DNA of 64,000 bases, from assembly GCA_964187785.1 (NCBI GenBank), contig OZ076415.1:64790001-64854000 (forward strand), read 5' to 3'. The position numbers were made by a program, and so were the translations under genes. The DNA comes from Amphiscolops sp. MND2022. Its lineage: Eukaryota. Positions 14,246 through 27,222 of the stretch are shown piece by piece; within the stretch, counting starts at the first letter, position 1, and each line of letters starts with the position of its first letter. Under the pieces are notes generated by a model. That model saw only the letters and a program-made list of their open reading frames with translations. It was not told where the DNA came from and ran no database searches.

Positions 14246-15390
14246 CTAGGTTACAAGAAACACAAATCTTGCAAAATTCTTCCGAAATTCTCGTCAACTT
14301 TGCATTTCTTACAAGAATCTTTTAAGTTTGTACAAGAATAGCAAATTTTTTCACATTTCTTACAAATTTCTGATAACAATTTTGCAAAAAATGCATTTTT
14401 TTTGTAAGAAGTTTTTACAAAGCAGCAAAAGGGTCCAAATTGTTAATTTGTCAATTTGTCCAAATTTTCTACCCCAAAAAATACTATAACGTATTCCAGC
14501 ATTGAAACATAACGTATTCCAGATTCTTCCGAAATTCTCGTCAACTTTGCATTTCTTACAAGAATCTTTTAAGTTTGTACAAGAATAGCAAATTTTTTCA
14601 CATTTCTTACAAATTTCTGATAACAATTTTGCAAAAAATGCATTTTTTTTGTAAGAAGTTTTTACAAAGCAGCAAAAGGGTCCAAATTGTTAATTTGTCA
14701 ATTTGTCCAAATTTTCTACCCCAAAAAATACTATAACGTATTCCAGCATTGAAACTCCGGACACAAATTCCGAGAACTCTTCAGCTAATGATGATTGGAA
14801 TATGAACATGGTACCAAATGAAAATACATTTCAAGGGCTTTCTAACGGTTCTAACCCAAACCTGCTGTCAGCTATTGTGATGGCGAAAATCAGTGAAAAT
14901 ACTACAAAACCACCTGTGCAATGGCATATTGAAAACTATAAAAACCCTGAAAATTCTATCAAAATTCAACCATCGGTTTCATTTCTTCCCCAGCCCGTTT
15001 CAACTAGTCAGGAGACTGCTGAGAATGGAGGAAATTGCTCTCTTAGATGCGAAAGCTTTACAGCAATAACGTCAAACAATGCGCATGGTGAAAATAAGGC
15101 ATTCCGATAATTTAAGATCCAGATGCTCTAATATGGGCAATTGTATCATTTTTCGCGTACAGATCGTTTTGCAACAGATCGTTTTGCAACATCTTTTGCA
15201 ACTGTTCAATTTTTTTGAGGTAGGAAATGAAAAAAAAGTCGGATTTATTCATTTTTGTAACATTCTGAGCAGAAATTTGCAAATCTTGCAAGATTTTTGC
15301 AAAAGTTAGATTCTAAAAATGCATTTTCTTACAAGATCTTAGAAGATCTTGTAAGAATTTTGCAAGAGTTGTGATTTTTGTGAACCTTGA
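14246..15390. mobile_element. TIR-bounded (MITE/foldback-like) element of the CTTGCAAG-rich family
   Basis: Left AGGTTACAAGAAACACAAATCTTGCAAAATTCTT vs reverse complement of right end AGGTTCACAAAAATCACAACTCTTGCAAAATTCTT; no TSD determined. Confidence 0.55.
14276..14755. repeat. Near-perfect tandem duplication, 247-bp period
   Basis: ATTCTTCCGAAATTCTCG starts at 14276 and 14523; CATTGAAA ends both units 247 bp apart. Confidence 0.95.
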
Positions 15391-16847
15391 GCGGAGCGCC
15401 GACTTGTGCCGTTCTCGGCTTGTTTAGATTTTCATTCGACAAAAAATCTCAAAATGAGTACGAATTTCGAATTTTGGTAATTTTTCATGTAACACTGCAA
15501 AACTATACACCATTTAGAGTTTTTGGGAAGTGACATTCAACGTAAAGAATTGATACTAGCGTTTTCCTCACTAAATTTACTTTTCGAGAGAATGCAATGA
15601 AAAACTCTAAAATTTTCAAAAGCCGCGGAAAAACGAAGTAAGACACTTTTGTAATTTTCATTCACAAGTATTTACCATGGCAACTGTCGTTTGAAATTGT
15701 AAGGGTCACAACTGTTAGTCTGAAAATTTTTTCATCAAATGCAAGCGGCTTCGAAATTTCTGGTTCTAAGTTTCTGGTACCCCAATGAACTTTGGAAGGC
15801 ACTTGGACTCATCTCAATGTGAAATGCGGAATTCATTTTCCATTCATTTTTTCATGTTTTTTTTCCATTTGCATTGGATTGAGTTTCCGAAGCTTCGAAA
15901 TGCTTTGGACAATAAAAAAGATATGAAAAGTTGAGCAAAAATACTATTAAGTCAACCAAAAGTAAATTTCCACCAAACGCACAACAATTCCACAATTCAA
16001 AATCACGATATTTGTAAACATGGCTCTGAAAGTTTTGAATGATTAACAAGTTGAATTGCAATGTTCGAAGTTATTCTGAAACGTTTGTTAAAATTTTTTG
16101 AAATTTTTACGCCTTCCGTTTTTTTTGGTTCACAGGGTATTTGTTTCAGTCAAAATCAATAACTGTCAAAAAGGTCATTGCGGACCAGTTTGTATACAAA
16201 CAATTTCAAACATCTGAATCAGAGGCGATAAACAAAGTTAATCGAAACGACAGGAAATTTCAAATTACCGATTCATGAACTCTTGATAGAGAAAATTGAA
16301 CAACCAGCTTCTGAAAAATTTATGCGGGATGATGAAAAAATGGAAGGAGAGAAAATCTGTTTGACACTTTATTTTGTAAAAACTAAGATAAGGATGCACA
16401 CAGTTAGGGCATTGTCAGTGATAGTTATGGGGCCTAGACACTTAGAAACGTAGTGCGCATATTATTATTGCGCAATAACTGATACAACTGTTTTCAAGCG
16501 GATTTAGGTCAGTTTTCATTGATTGTCTTTAATGTGATGAGTAATAGAAATGGGAACCTTCAGATGGAAAAAAAACCATTTAATGCAATATACTAAAAAA
16601 TTGCATTTGAACATAATTTGATTCGACTTCTTTGTTCAAGAGAGTGTTAATAATTTTAATAGGTTGAAAAAAATGATTCAAATAAAGTTTTTTTTCCAAT
16701 TTGTTGAAAAATTTCAAATTTTCTTACTATGAAGTTTCCATCCCTATTAGCTGGGTGGAAGGTTACGGATGCGTTTGGAACGGAGCGATTGATTAATCAA
16801 CTTTTTCACCAAACATTCAAAAAATTTTGGCAATAGTTGCTGAAGCA

Positions 16848-17207
16848 TTTTTAGTCGGCGCTTTTCTCAAGAAGAGTCGACTATAGTCACGGCTTTCCGT
16901 TAGTGTTAGTGTTTTTTTTGTAACACCTGAAGTGACCAAAATAGTTCTACCAAAAGTTCCACAAAATTTTAAGAAGACGCCAAATTGTACCTGTTGGCCC
17001 AAGGAACTGAACGAAAAACGTTTCCCGCGTAACATATAATACCGGACGAGACAAAGGGTCCTCTATTTCAGTTGTTTTTCGGCATTGTGAGACTTTTTTC
17101 AAAAAAAATTTCGGGTGCTGTAGAAGAGAATACTTTTTACACTTTGAAGTCCTTTTGCTATTATGAGCCATAGATATGGCGTCGACTTGGGCCGGTCCCG
17201 GTATGTT
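16848..17207 (+). mobile_element. HINE/DINE-1-like element
   Basis: Starts TTTTTAGTCGGCGCTTTTC..GAGTCGACTA, ends GATATGGCGTCGACTTGGGCCGGTCCCGG (subTIR plus GC-rich stem-loop). Confidence 0.7.
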
Positions 17208-18149
17208 TATCTTGTGTTTGATATTCCGATGAATATTCAAGTGTTTTGCTAGGACTCAAAAACTGGCCAAGGGTATTTTTCAAACAAGACTCAAAATTGT
17301 AACTAAAAACTAACGTTCGCTGCAGGTATACAAAATTTTCATTGCCGCAAACTATACTGACCCGGCTTTCATGCACCATTAGAAAACTTATTATAGACAA
17401 GTTTTTTGAGTAAAAAGATTCGATATCCAGTTTATTTTTTTAAAAAACAGGTCCATTCATATTAATTACCTTTTCAACTTCTCTTGGAAAGAATCACGAC
17501 TTGTTTTGTCGATCTTAACTTTTGTGTATTCAAAAATTTTTCGAGAACAATTTTCCGAAGGCCGTAGCAAATTGAAAAATCACTCAATTGAAATATTTAA
17601 TCAATAAATCAAAATATCAGAATTCTTCAAGCGATGTCTTTTAGCTTATGCTTCGCTTGAAATATCTACCAACCGGAAAACCTAACCAAAATTCTCTAAC
17701 GATTCACTTTAGAAAATAAATGCAATTTGAGAAACTGTTCAAAACCTTCGAGCAGATAAAATTACAACAAGCGTGCTGTTCTACAAACGATTGATTAAGC
17801 CATCGCCTTTTTGAGCTCTTTTGATTGATTTTTAATACTTTGTTTTTTCTTTGAGTGTCTTCAAGTTTAAACACTGTGCGAATAAAACAGAGCTTTGAAT
17901 GAAGATACTCCAATGGACTAACCATCTCACGCTTTTTTCAAATTTGCAGACTTTATTTCTCAAAAACTTGAACCAATGAAGCAAGAAAGTTTAATCAAGT
18001 AAATTCAAACTTATATTATATATCTCAATTTTATATTGTCGGCCTCTTTTGATATACAAAACTTGAAAACAGCTTTTTCCAAACTCAAAACGTGTTAAAG
18101 GCATTCGCTGCTCGTTCGTTACTCGAATGTGAGTAAAAATCCATTGAAA

Positions 18150-18920
18150 AGTAAGGCGTGAACGTTTACGACTTACGAGTACTGAATTCGACTACGATGA
18201 TGTTCTTAGCGCTCCTATCGGTCAAAGACAACCCCTTGGTTCTAACTTCGATGGCATTATGACTCATTTCTCTAAGTCCCAGTTGGAGCTTCAGAATGGG
18301 ATTCTCGGAAAAGACCAGAAATATCAGCCTCGATTATATAGAAGCCGAACTGACGTAAGATTAGCCGCAGGTAAAAGGGCGCCGGAGAAAATGCATAACT
18401 TTTCGATATGATATTTCTGATATCTTGGCGTTTTTATTTTCCTATGGTCCGAATGAAAAATTTTTCTGTTTTAACAGTATACTTTTTGGTCAATAACATT
18501 CGTATATTTTTTGCTTTTTGAGAGCAAAAAACTATCTATTTGTCTCAGAATGTGAGAAAAATCATTGTCATTTTTCATTAAAATGTAAGTTTGAAAAAGT
18601 TTAGACGAAACCGCATCAATTTTCCAACGCTGTTGACAAATGCTTCCGAGATTTTTTGATGATTTTATCTGTTTTATACTCTCCAATCTATCACTTTGAC
18701 AAAACTATACTGTTCCTTCCAAATATATTGATTTCCGGAGTCCCTTCAAGGGAATAGATCGAGTCCTGTCAAACCCAATTTGGGTGACGAAATATTTTCT
18801 ATTGCACACCAATGGCTCATCAACAAGACCGGGTCAACAGAAGATGACCTCAAAGGTCACGAACAGGTCATTCCCACCATAGAGGTCGAACCTCCAGCGA
18901 CCCCATCTAGAGAAATGAAG
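18150..18920 (+). CDS. Two putative host exons of unknown product (~18150-18354 and 18741-18920)
   Basis: Open frames ...FDYDDVLSAPIGQRQPLGSNF...RSRTD|gtaaga and ag|SLQGNRSSPVKPNLGDEIF...SREMK|gtcagt join in phase 0; start of the first exon unresolved. Confidence 0.4.
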
Positions 18921-20949
18921 GTCAGTTTCGCTCGAAAGATTCACGTTTCTCACAACTCTGGATTCAGTTTAAAATTGAGCCGTATAACATAATTACCAAA
19001 TTTTCATGGTTCATCGATGTTTCAAGGGTTCGCCATGCCGGGAATTATTCGTGGATGCTCTTGAATGAAACACGAAGATGCCATATGCAATCATAGAGAT
19101 GAAAACCAATGAGTTCAGATTACGTTTTGGATTTGTTTTTGCATCAAAACAGACGATCGACAAACTCTTAACATCTAAATTATGTCGGTATTATTTGATG
19201 CGTGCAAACACAACTAAAACAAAAAAAATCGTCTGAATGATGGAGTGAAATTAGTAGTTTAACGTCCATAAGTAAAAAGTGACATGGTTATACAAAATTG
19301 TTCTTAACCACTTTCTGAAAAAAATCAAACTTCATTTTCTGTGTTTGGAACTAAAAAGTTCGAATGATGAAAGGAAAAAATGATTCTATAGTTAGAAAAA
19401 GAATACATTTTCTTCCATGGATCTTCATGATTGAATCATGGGTTTGAAGCCATCCATGATGACCAAATTAGGGAAAGTTTGTAATAATTATTCCGAGCGA
19501 GAAACGTAATGGAAGTCATTATGAAGGAGTATCTATGGTTCGAATGTAATGACAAAACATCCATGGTTGACCCTGACATTGAAAATAATGGCATGGAAAA
19601 CCTGGATAATAAATGAAATGATGGGTCGTAAAGCGATGTCAAGAATGACCCTGGCTGTCCTACGTTGTCCTGCAATGACTGAAAAATTCTGTTTTTGGTC
19701 ATTGTATGACATTCTTGTTTCATAATGATGATTGTTACCCCTGAATGTTTTCTATAACGGATTGCAGAAGAACAAAATTTTACTTCTGTAAAACCTTTTT
19801 TTATTAGTAACCACCGTCGACTGAATAAGCTGAAGATGGAACCGCAGATCACTCCGTTTTAACCTCCGGTATCTAAGACAGAAAAAATCTTAACCTTTGC
19901 ATATTTTCAAAAGAAAAACGTTCACCTCATCATCAACGTTTAAGAGAAAAATTCGAAATATTAAACAGTATTCGAGAACGATCAAGAATAACTCAGCATC
20001 AGATACCAAGAAATAGTAGTTGTGATATTGTTTTTGATAGAAATTGGTGCATTGATTGAAGAAGAGCTCATAATTTCATAGCATCAGCGTTGATTGATAT
20101 TCTAATCTATCCACAAAATGACATGAGTAGAATCACTTTCCAAACCAAAAATAGATAAAGATTAACTCGCATATTAAAGAAAACACTTTTGTTGACACAA
20201 GACGTCTGAACCAAACTTTGAATGCTAGTTTTAACTTGCAGTTTGCTTTTAAGTGGCAGTGGCAATGTTAAAAAGCCCTAAATGTCCCCGTTTTAAATTT
20301 TTACGCATTAATTTTCTCTTACACTGGATGGTTTACTTTGTGTACAATCTCCGCAAGGCACTCCTGCGGCTGCTCTGGCCCAGCATGCACGCTCTTTCCG
20401 AATTTTGACGTTATATGCGAACTAATTTGCGTTTTACTAAGAAGGAGGCGGAAGTTTGGAAGAAAAGCGCCCCCATGTGGCCCACTACGCTACATTGGAA
20501 TTTTTGAAGCGTTTCCCGAGCACGAAAGGCACCCTTTGGCTGTTTCGACTCTTTTGTGTTAGGTTTTTTAAAGAAAAGTTTAAAGCATGATTTAAAAACT
20601 TTGCGATTTTGTAACCTTAAGTGGGGCACCGACTTGAGACGTTCCTGTCTTGTTTGAGATAACGTGGAAAGTTCCGTGAGCCAGCTAGTAGAACACTTAG
20701 TAGGACTAGAATGCATCTCACTTTATCAATTGAATCAGAAATTGTTTCTATTTTTTCAGTCCCTTTGTTTCAAGGCTTCAGTTTTTCAGGTACTCAACTT
20801 AGGTAATCCCCGTTAGTCTATTTGCACGCTGAGCATTCAAGGTTAGACTACTTCGAAAGCTATAAATGTACAGAAATTTGTTTAAATTGTAACGTCCAGC
20901 AGAAATCGCACAAAAATTTTTTCAACAAGTTAAATATGTGCGAGTCAAG

Positions 20950-22214
20950 ATGGCCGACCTGACAGGAATCGAAAAAGTTCAGACAAAAAGTGAAAAAGAC
21001 ACCCCAAACCCTCGCCCCCCAACTCGGAACGTGAATGACAGTCTTCCCATCATAGAAAAAGCCAGAAAACCCGGAATTTTGCCATCAGTCGGTGTATTTT
21101 CAAGGTTTCTACAGAAGAATGCCCCGAAATCCAGAAATCACCTGTTCGTGGATGATGAAGAAAACTCCGAAACCAGCATGATCGAACTAGAAGAGCTACT
21201 TTTGATCAATTCTAGTGTTATAGATGTTTATTTGCAGGTTTATGGTGATGCTGGATCTGGTAGATCCTTGTATTTGAATTTTTAGACGTTATTCGTCTAA
21301 TAGAATGTGCTTTAGCTAACACCCTGTTTTGGACCTCGGGAGTATGTAGGAACACGAGGAACCTTTGGGAACGTTTGTACGTGCTTGTGGGACGTGTCCG
21401 CACCTTGAGTGTGTCGCCACCTCGCCACGGAGCTCTCATTTTAAGAGTCTCCTTAGACCAATGGAAAGTCCCTTAGGAGACCTTTTCGGGACTAAAGACT
21501 AGTGTCTAGGATTATAGTAGGACATTGGTCTCCTTTTCAAGTAATCTAGACATTGTCCCAGTTCTAGAACATAGCTGTTAGCTTGACGTTACAAATCAAA
21601 ATGACGGTCCAGTCAAAAATTCTCAGCTGCATTTAAAATGAGAACTGTTCTATATTAAAAAAGGCAAAACTAATTAACCTGAATTGCCGCCAAATTTAGC
21701 AGGCATATTTTGAGCAACTTGATAAAACTCAATTGAAAGTGAATTTTCAAAGCATGAAGGTTTGCAAGAGAGTTTTATACAATCATGATAAAGTTGCTTG
21801 GCAAACCTACAAAGCTAGTGAAAAGTTCTATCAGTTTCAACCAGAAAAAATGTTTTAACTAAATAAAAAACCTCAAACATATTCTCGTTATGCAACTGCT
21901 AAAATGCTGCAACACTTTCGCAATGTTGTATTCGAGGTGATTTTATTGCTTTCTTCTCTATTGACTACATGAAATTCTTTCTGCAATAACTTTTGTTCAC
22001 GCTGTTTTAGGTGTATATACCCCTGGAAAAAACTTACAGAGCCGAATTGCGGCAAATCACGGAGAGAATTGGTCTGAAGCTCAACGAGAATGAAAGTTCC
22101 AGGGCAGCCAGAGATTTCGTCACCCAGAATCCAGCGGGCACGGAAGATATTATCAGCCAGGAAAAGAAACGAACCCAGAGAGCGCTGGAAGCAGGGATGT
22201 TGAAAAAATACTAG
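20950..22214 (+). CDS. Putative two-exon host gene, ~163 aa, unknown function (exons 20950-21237, 22011-22214)
   Basis: ATG in CAAGATGGCC context; donor CAG|GTTTAT and acceptor TTTTAG|GTG both phase 0, giving ...VIDVYLQ|VYIPLEKTYRAEL...KKY*. Confidence 0.5.
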
Positions 22215-22601
22215 CTGCACTAAAATGAAACGTCCAGTTATATCAAAAGTGTTTTGCACGATTATAGGCTTCCTCTGAAAACATCTTTGATTTTTGTTCA
22301 TGAAGAATACTTTTTCTCCATAACTTTATTCGAATTACTAACAAAATCTTGAAGTTTTGAGAAATCTTCCAATTCAAAAACTTATTCGATTCACTTTTTA
22401 TGCCAACAAAGTCTACAAAGACTTTTTCAATATCAGGAGGTGTGAAAATCGTCAACACAGCCATTCTTAAGATGCTCTGTCAATTTGCCACGTCATGTCA
22501 TTGAAATTGTTTTCTGCCAGAATTTGTGAGGCAAAATTTCCGAAGATCTTCCAATAATTGACTGATTAATTCGTTTTTATTTCAACGTCCCTGGATCCCA
22601 G

Positions 22602-25600
22602 ACACCAAAAAATCCATAACTTTGCCCCGGGCGCAAACGTCCTACGGAGCTCATTCGATATTGAACCGAAGGAGATCATGTTTTGAAACAAGCAACCGGA
22701 AGTTGGATTTTTCCAGATTTGGGAGACCTTCGGATAACTCCCTCACCCCTGGAACTGATTCGGACAAACTATTTCTGAGAGTCAAAACACAAGACCAAGC
22801 TTCTACTGTGGATAGCAAGAGCTCGAGATGCAGAACAGAGAAAAGTGGCTTACCCAGCCGAACAGACAAGCAATACTTCCGATCAAATAATACCAATGAC
22901 GTCAAGCTCGTCAGTTCTCGTAATCGTGACGAAGTTTCGAGGTAACCGTTCGTTTAGTGATGTAAGAAAGCACGCAGACAAAATTGCCGGAATGAAAGCG
23001 AAAAACGCAGCAAAAACACATGAACAAATTTTTGAAATTTATGATTCTTCGGAATATTTTTCTCACGTTTTTTCGAGGTTTTTCTAGCGTAATTCAAAAT
23101 CTTTTGAATTTAAGATACTCCGAACAAGTTCTGAGTTAGTCATGAGATGAAGACGTTCAACTCAAGAAATGCAAGTATTGAAAGAGAAGTTATGCGTATA
23201 ATTATCACATGAACGCGCATACGCAGAAAATCACATGAACAAAATTACCCAACAATGAATGAAATAGTTTCAAAAATGTTTGAAATCCATGACTTTTCGG
23301 AATATTTTTCTCACATTTTTCGAGGCTTTCATCGACTCATTCAAGATCTTCCGAATTTATGTTACATCGCATGTTCTAGTTAAACTTTCTCAGTTAGTCA
23401 AGAGATGCAGAAGTTCAATAGAAGTTTTGCGTATAAGTTATCGCACTAAACTAGATCTATTTCTTTAGATTCGAAAACGATGAAAACTTGACGACCAAAA
23501 TTAAAGTGGAAAATCATTGCAGCACCGGAAGGACCCTAGTTCGAAGGAAAGCACAGCGCAGAACCCCCAATGCCACTAAAACCATGCCTCCCGTAGCTCT
23601 GGAAGACTCCTTGAAATACCTTCAGGTCAATGACAATATCTCCTCATTTCATGCCAGCGGAATTCCAGACATTCCACCAAACTTTACTCCAGAAATTCCA
23701 CCAACTTTGGCCACTCTCGCTAGGTATGTCGAAAGTTTCCTTGAACCTTTATTCCAAAGGAGAAAAAATATCTCTTACTACGTTTTTCTAGTTTTACTAT
23801 GTTCCATTTTTAAATAAAAAAATAGAAGTTCTTCCATAAAATATAACGACAAAAAATAAGTTCACAGATTTAGGTTTGTGGAGATATCAGAACTTTTTTG
23901 TAAAAAAAATAGAATCCTACAAATAAAAGGGACCCAAAACGAGCAAAAAGCCATTTTTAATTTTTGGAGGACTTGGACAAATTTTCAATGTGGCTAAGAA
24001 AGTTCAGAGTTCAACCATGGTACAACTATCAACTCAAGTATCAGCACATTTTTTTATTTGAGTGAGATTCGAAACTTTTGATACCGCCTAAATCATCCAA
24101 AATGAACCAAAGAATTTTGAAATTATAAAATTTTTGCCGAACGGAAAGAAATTTCGATTAAAATGTGGCTATTACTTTTGTCAAGAAACGTCAAAATGAT
24201 TGTTTGAACAGAAAGATTTTGATTTTTTCAATTGATGACAACAAGAAATCAATGAAAAGTTCTGCTAAACTTCGAAGAGTTAATTGAAAATACCTCGCAG
24301 AATCGTTTTAACAGTAATAATAAATATCAAACAAGTTTTTGTTCACATCATTATACAGACTCTTGGATTACTATGTTGAAAAATCAGATTCAAAGCACAG
24401 ACTGAGAATCTTTTGACTCTTTCGCGGTCCACAGAGGGTCACCCAATACCAACAAGACGGGGCTGACCCAAGTCGGCGCCATATCTAAGGCTCAAAAATA
24501 GCAAAAGGTTTTCAAAGTGTCAAAGTATTCTCTTCTACAGCACCCGAAACATTTTTTGAAAGAAATTTCTCAATGCCGAAAAAAAGTCTCGCAATGCCGA
24601 AAAAACTGAAAAGGAGGGCCCTTTTGTCTCGTCCGGTAATGTATTTTTGCGCAGAACCTTTTTGGTTCAGTTCCCTGGGCCAACAGAGGCAATTTAAAAA
24701 TTTGTAGAACTTTTGGTAGAACTATTTTGGTCACTTCAGGTATATCGAAAAAAATGAAAAAAAAACACTGACGAAAAGCCATGACTATAGTCGGCTCTTT
24801 TCAAGAAAAGCGCCGACTAAAAGAGATCAGAAGCGTTGGCTTCTTCAAATATATTCATGGTATTCGAATATAGGCATGGGATTCCGTTTTTGTTTCAGAA
24901 GTTCATCATACCTAGATTCATTTCATGTTCATGAATGAACTCCTAAGAATTCAACTTTACGTTATGAATTAATTTGCAACAGAGTAGATATATCTTCTTT
25001 TTTCATAGGAGTTCATTCATGATCATGCAGTGATTCTTGATATTACGAACTTTTGAAACATGGATGGAATTCTATGACAGGGATGTTTTCAAGGTTTCTT
25101 GTATGGAATCCTTTTAATCACATGAATGAAATAGCATAAAATAACATGATTCCACGTACGAAATCTCGTCTAAATCCAGGAACTTTAGAACGCAGTTACC
25201 GAAACTATTTTTTACTTACGCAGAGCAATCAGTTTATTTGGGATGTTTTCGTGACTTTCATTAATTTCATTAGCCAAAGAAGACAGACAGCACCTCATCT
25301 GGATACGACGGTGATTCAGAACTCAGCCAGTCACAACGCCAAATATCTGGCACTTCCCAGTTACGACTTGAGGTTGGAACGTTTTTTTCGTAGTTTGTCT
25401 GTAGTTTGATCGAGTTCAGCATGGGATTTTTTTGTATCGAAAAATTCGTGACCAAAATCAAGACCAAGAGAGTATCTCCCTCCCGTTGAAGTTTTAGTTT
25501 TGTACCTTATCAGTCAGAAAACAGAAACTTGGAGTCTTTATAGTTTCTCACAAATACTTTGGATCACTTAGACTTCTATATCTTTCTGTTTTTTTTCTCC

Positions 25601-26058
25601 AGTTTTATAAAAGTAGTTTACTGCCAGAAAAAGTCAAATGGACTTATTTTCAACTAGACATCAGCGAATTTTGACGCTTCAAACTTTGAATATTCCTTGC
25701 TTCACTTGCGAAAATTCGATCATACTTTGCACACAACGTGGAACTATCAGACATCATCCGAATTCCCCCAAATTTAATTTTATCCAAACTCATTCAACAA
25801 TTGACTTAATTGTAATTTCCGCAAAATTCATGTAGATTTGGTATTTTCCCAGGTACCACTTAGAGCCTGAGCGACCCTGGATCAAAAATGACGTCAGCGA
25901 AAGCGAAGACGATGGTAGTCCCGCGACCCCAAAGGTCATGACCCACAACCCCCCTGCAGAGTCGGTCAGCATGTCAATTAGAAAGTGCACCGAGTGGCTG
26001 GCCAGATGTCCTTCTCCGGCTACTTTGACCTCCCAGACCTCGGTCAAATACCCTTGAC
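22602..26058 (+). CDS. Putative host gene 3' exons (~22602-22941, 23469-23723, 25853-~26058), S/P/T-rich protein of unknown function
   Basis: Both introns have GT-AG ends with matching phase 2 (GAG|gtaacc..tttctttag|A; TAG|gtatgt..ttttcccag|G) and give one continuous frame ending ...TSVKYP*. Confidence 0.6.
24451..24822 (-). mobile_element. HINE/DINE-1-like element
   Basis: AACAAGACGGGGCTGACCCAAGTCGGCGCCATATCTAAGG ... AAAAGCGCCGACTAAAA; close reverse complement of 16848-17207. Confidence 0.7.
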
Positions 26059-26430
26059 CTTTGACCCATGAAAAAAATTAGAAGAAACAGGCAAATTGCA
26101 GAAGAAGTTACTTTTATTGGATGAAAAGGGTACATGAACAGCGCTATCAAAAAACTTTTATACATCCAATACGGACGCAAAAGGAGCTTGACTGTTCTTC
26201 AAAAATGCGCCCTGCCTCTTCAAGAATTGACCCTTTGCATGTTTGGTGTGTCCGTTGGAACCTTGTTGCGGGATTTTTGGGAAGTTCCAGTAAAGAATTG
26301 TTAAAATGGAATAAAATTTCTGTTTCACTAAGAAACAGGTAGCTTTAAATCAATTATTGAAGGATGTTCGTTTGGTTATATAATTTAATTTTTTATTGTT
26401 ACCATTTTGAGATTCAATCATTTACGAAAG

Positions 26431-26990
26431 AACAAGACGAGAACGTCTAAAGTCCGCGCTATATCTAAGGCTCAAAAAGCGCAAAATTTTTAAAATTGTA
26501 AAAGGGGGACCCTACGGGCTTTTTTAAAATCCAGTTTTTTGCAAAATATCAAAAAAATTGAAGGGGGACCCTTTGGAGACAAAAGTTTTCGAAAACAAAA
26601 ACAAAAAATGAGAATTTTGAACAGTCTCATAGTGCCGAAAGACTTAAAAGGGGATACCCTTTGGGCGCTTTGGCACTTTAGTTTGCTGCAAAATATCAAG
26701 AAAAACTTGAAGGTGGGACCCTTTGAAGGCAAAAAAAATCGAAAAAAAAGTCGCACAGTGCCGAAAAAAATTTGAGTGAAGGGACCCTTCTGTCTCGTCC
26801 GCTTTCGCAAATGATCGAAAAAGTTTCTGGCTAAAGCAAGGACTCGAACCCGTGACCGCTGGGTTCACCGTGAACCGAGTAAAGTCTGTACTAAAAAGTG
26901 GTACATACACGATGAGGTCTGTGGTCTGACAAGAAAAATTAGCCACTGTAGTAGTCGGGCACGTTTCACTAGAAAAGCGCCGACTAAAAA
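26431..26990 (-). mobile_element. HINE/DINE-1-like element
   Basis: AACAAGACGAGAACGTCTAAAGTCCGCGCTATATCTAAGG ... TAGTCGGGC..AAAAGCGCCGACTAAAAA. Confidence 0.7.
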
Positions 26991-27222
26991 TGAGTATTCA
27001 GCCGTCAAAGGTTTTGAACGCTTGAATCTGATTTCATGTCAGAACCAATTTCTCCCAGTGGCGATTAAAGATTTGCTGATTTTACTTAACTTCATTAATG
27101 AAAATGAGACAAAAAAAATGAAAAAAGTGAATGCATGAATTTTGAAACTCTTTGTATAATGCGAAATCAAAAACAATATCAGATGTCAGATTATGTCAGC
27201 ATAATTGAATCAACATTGATAG

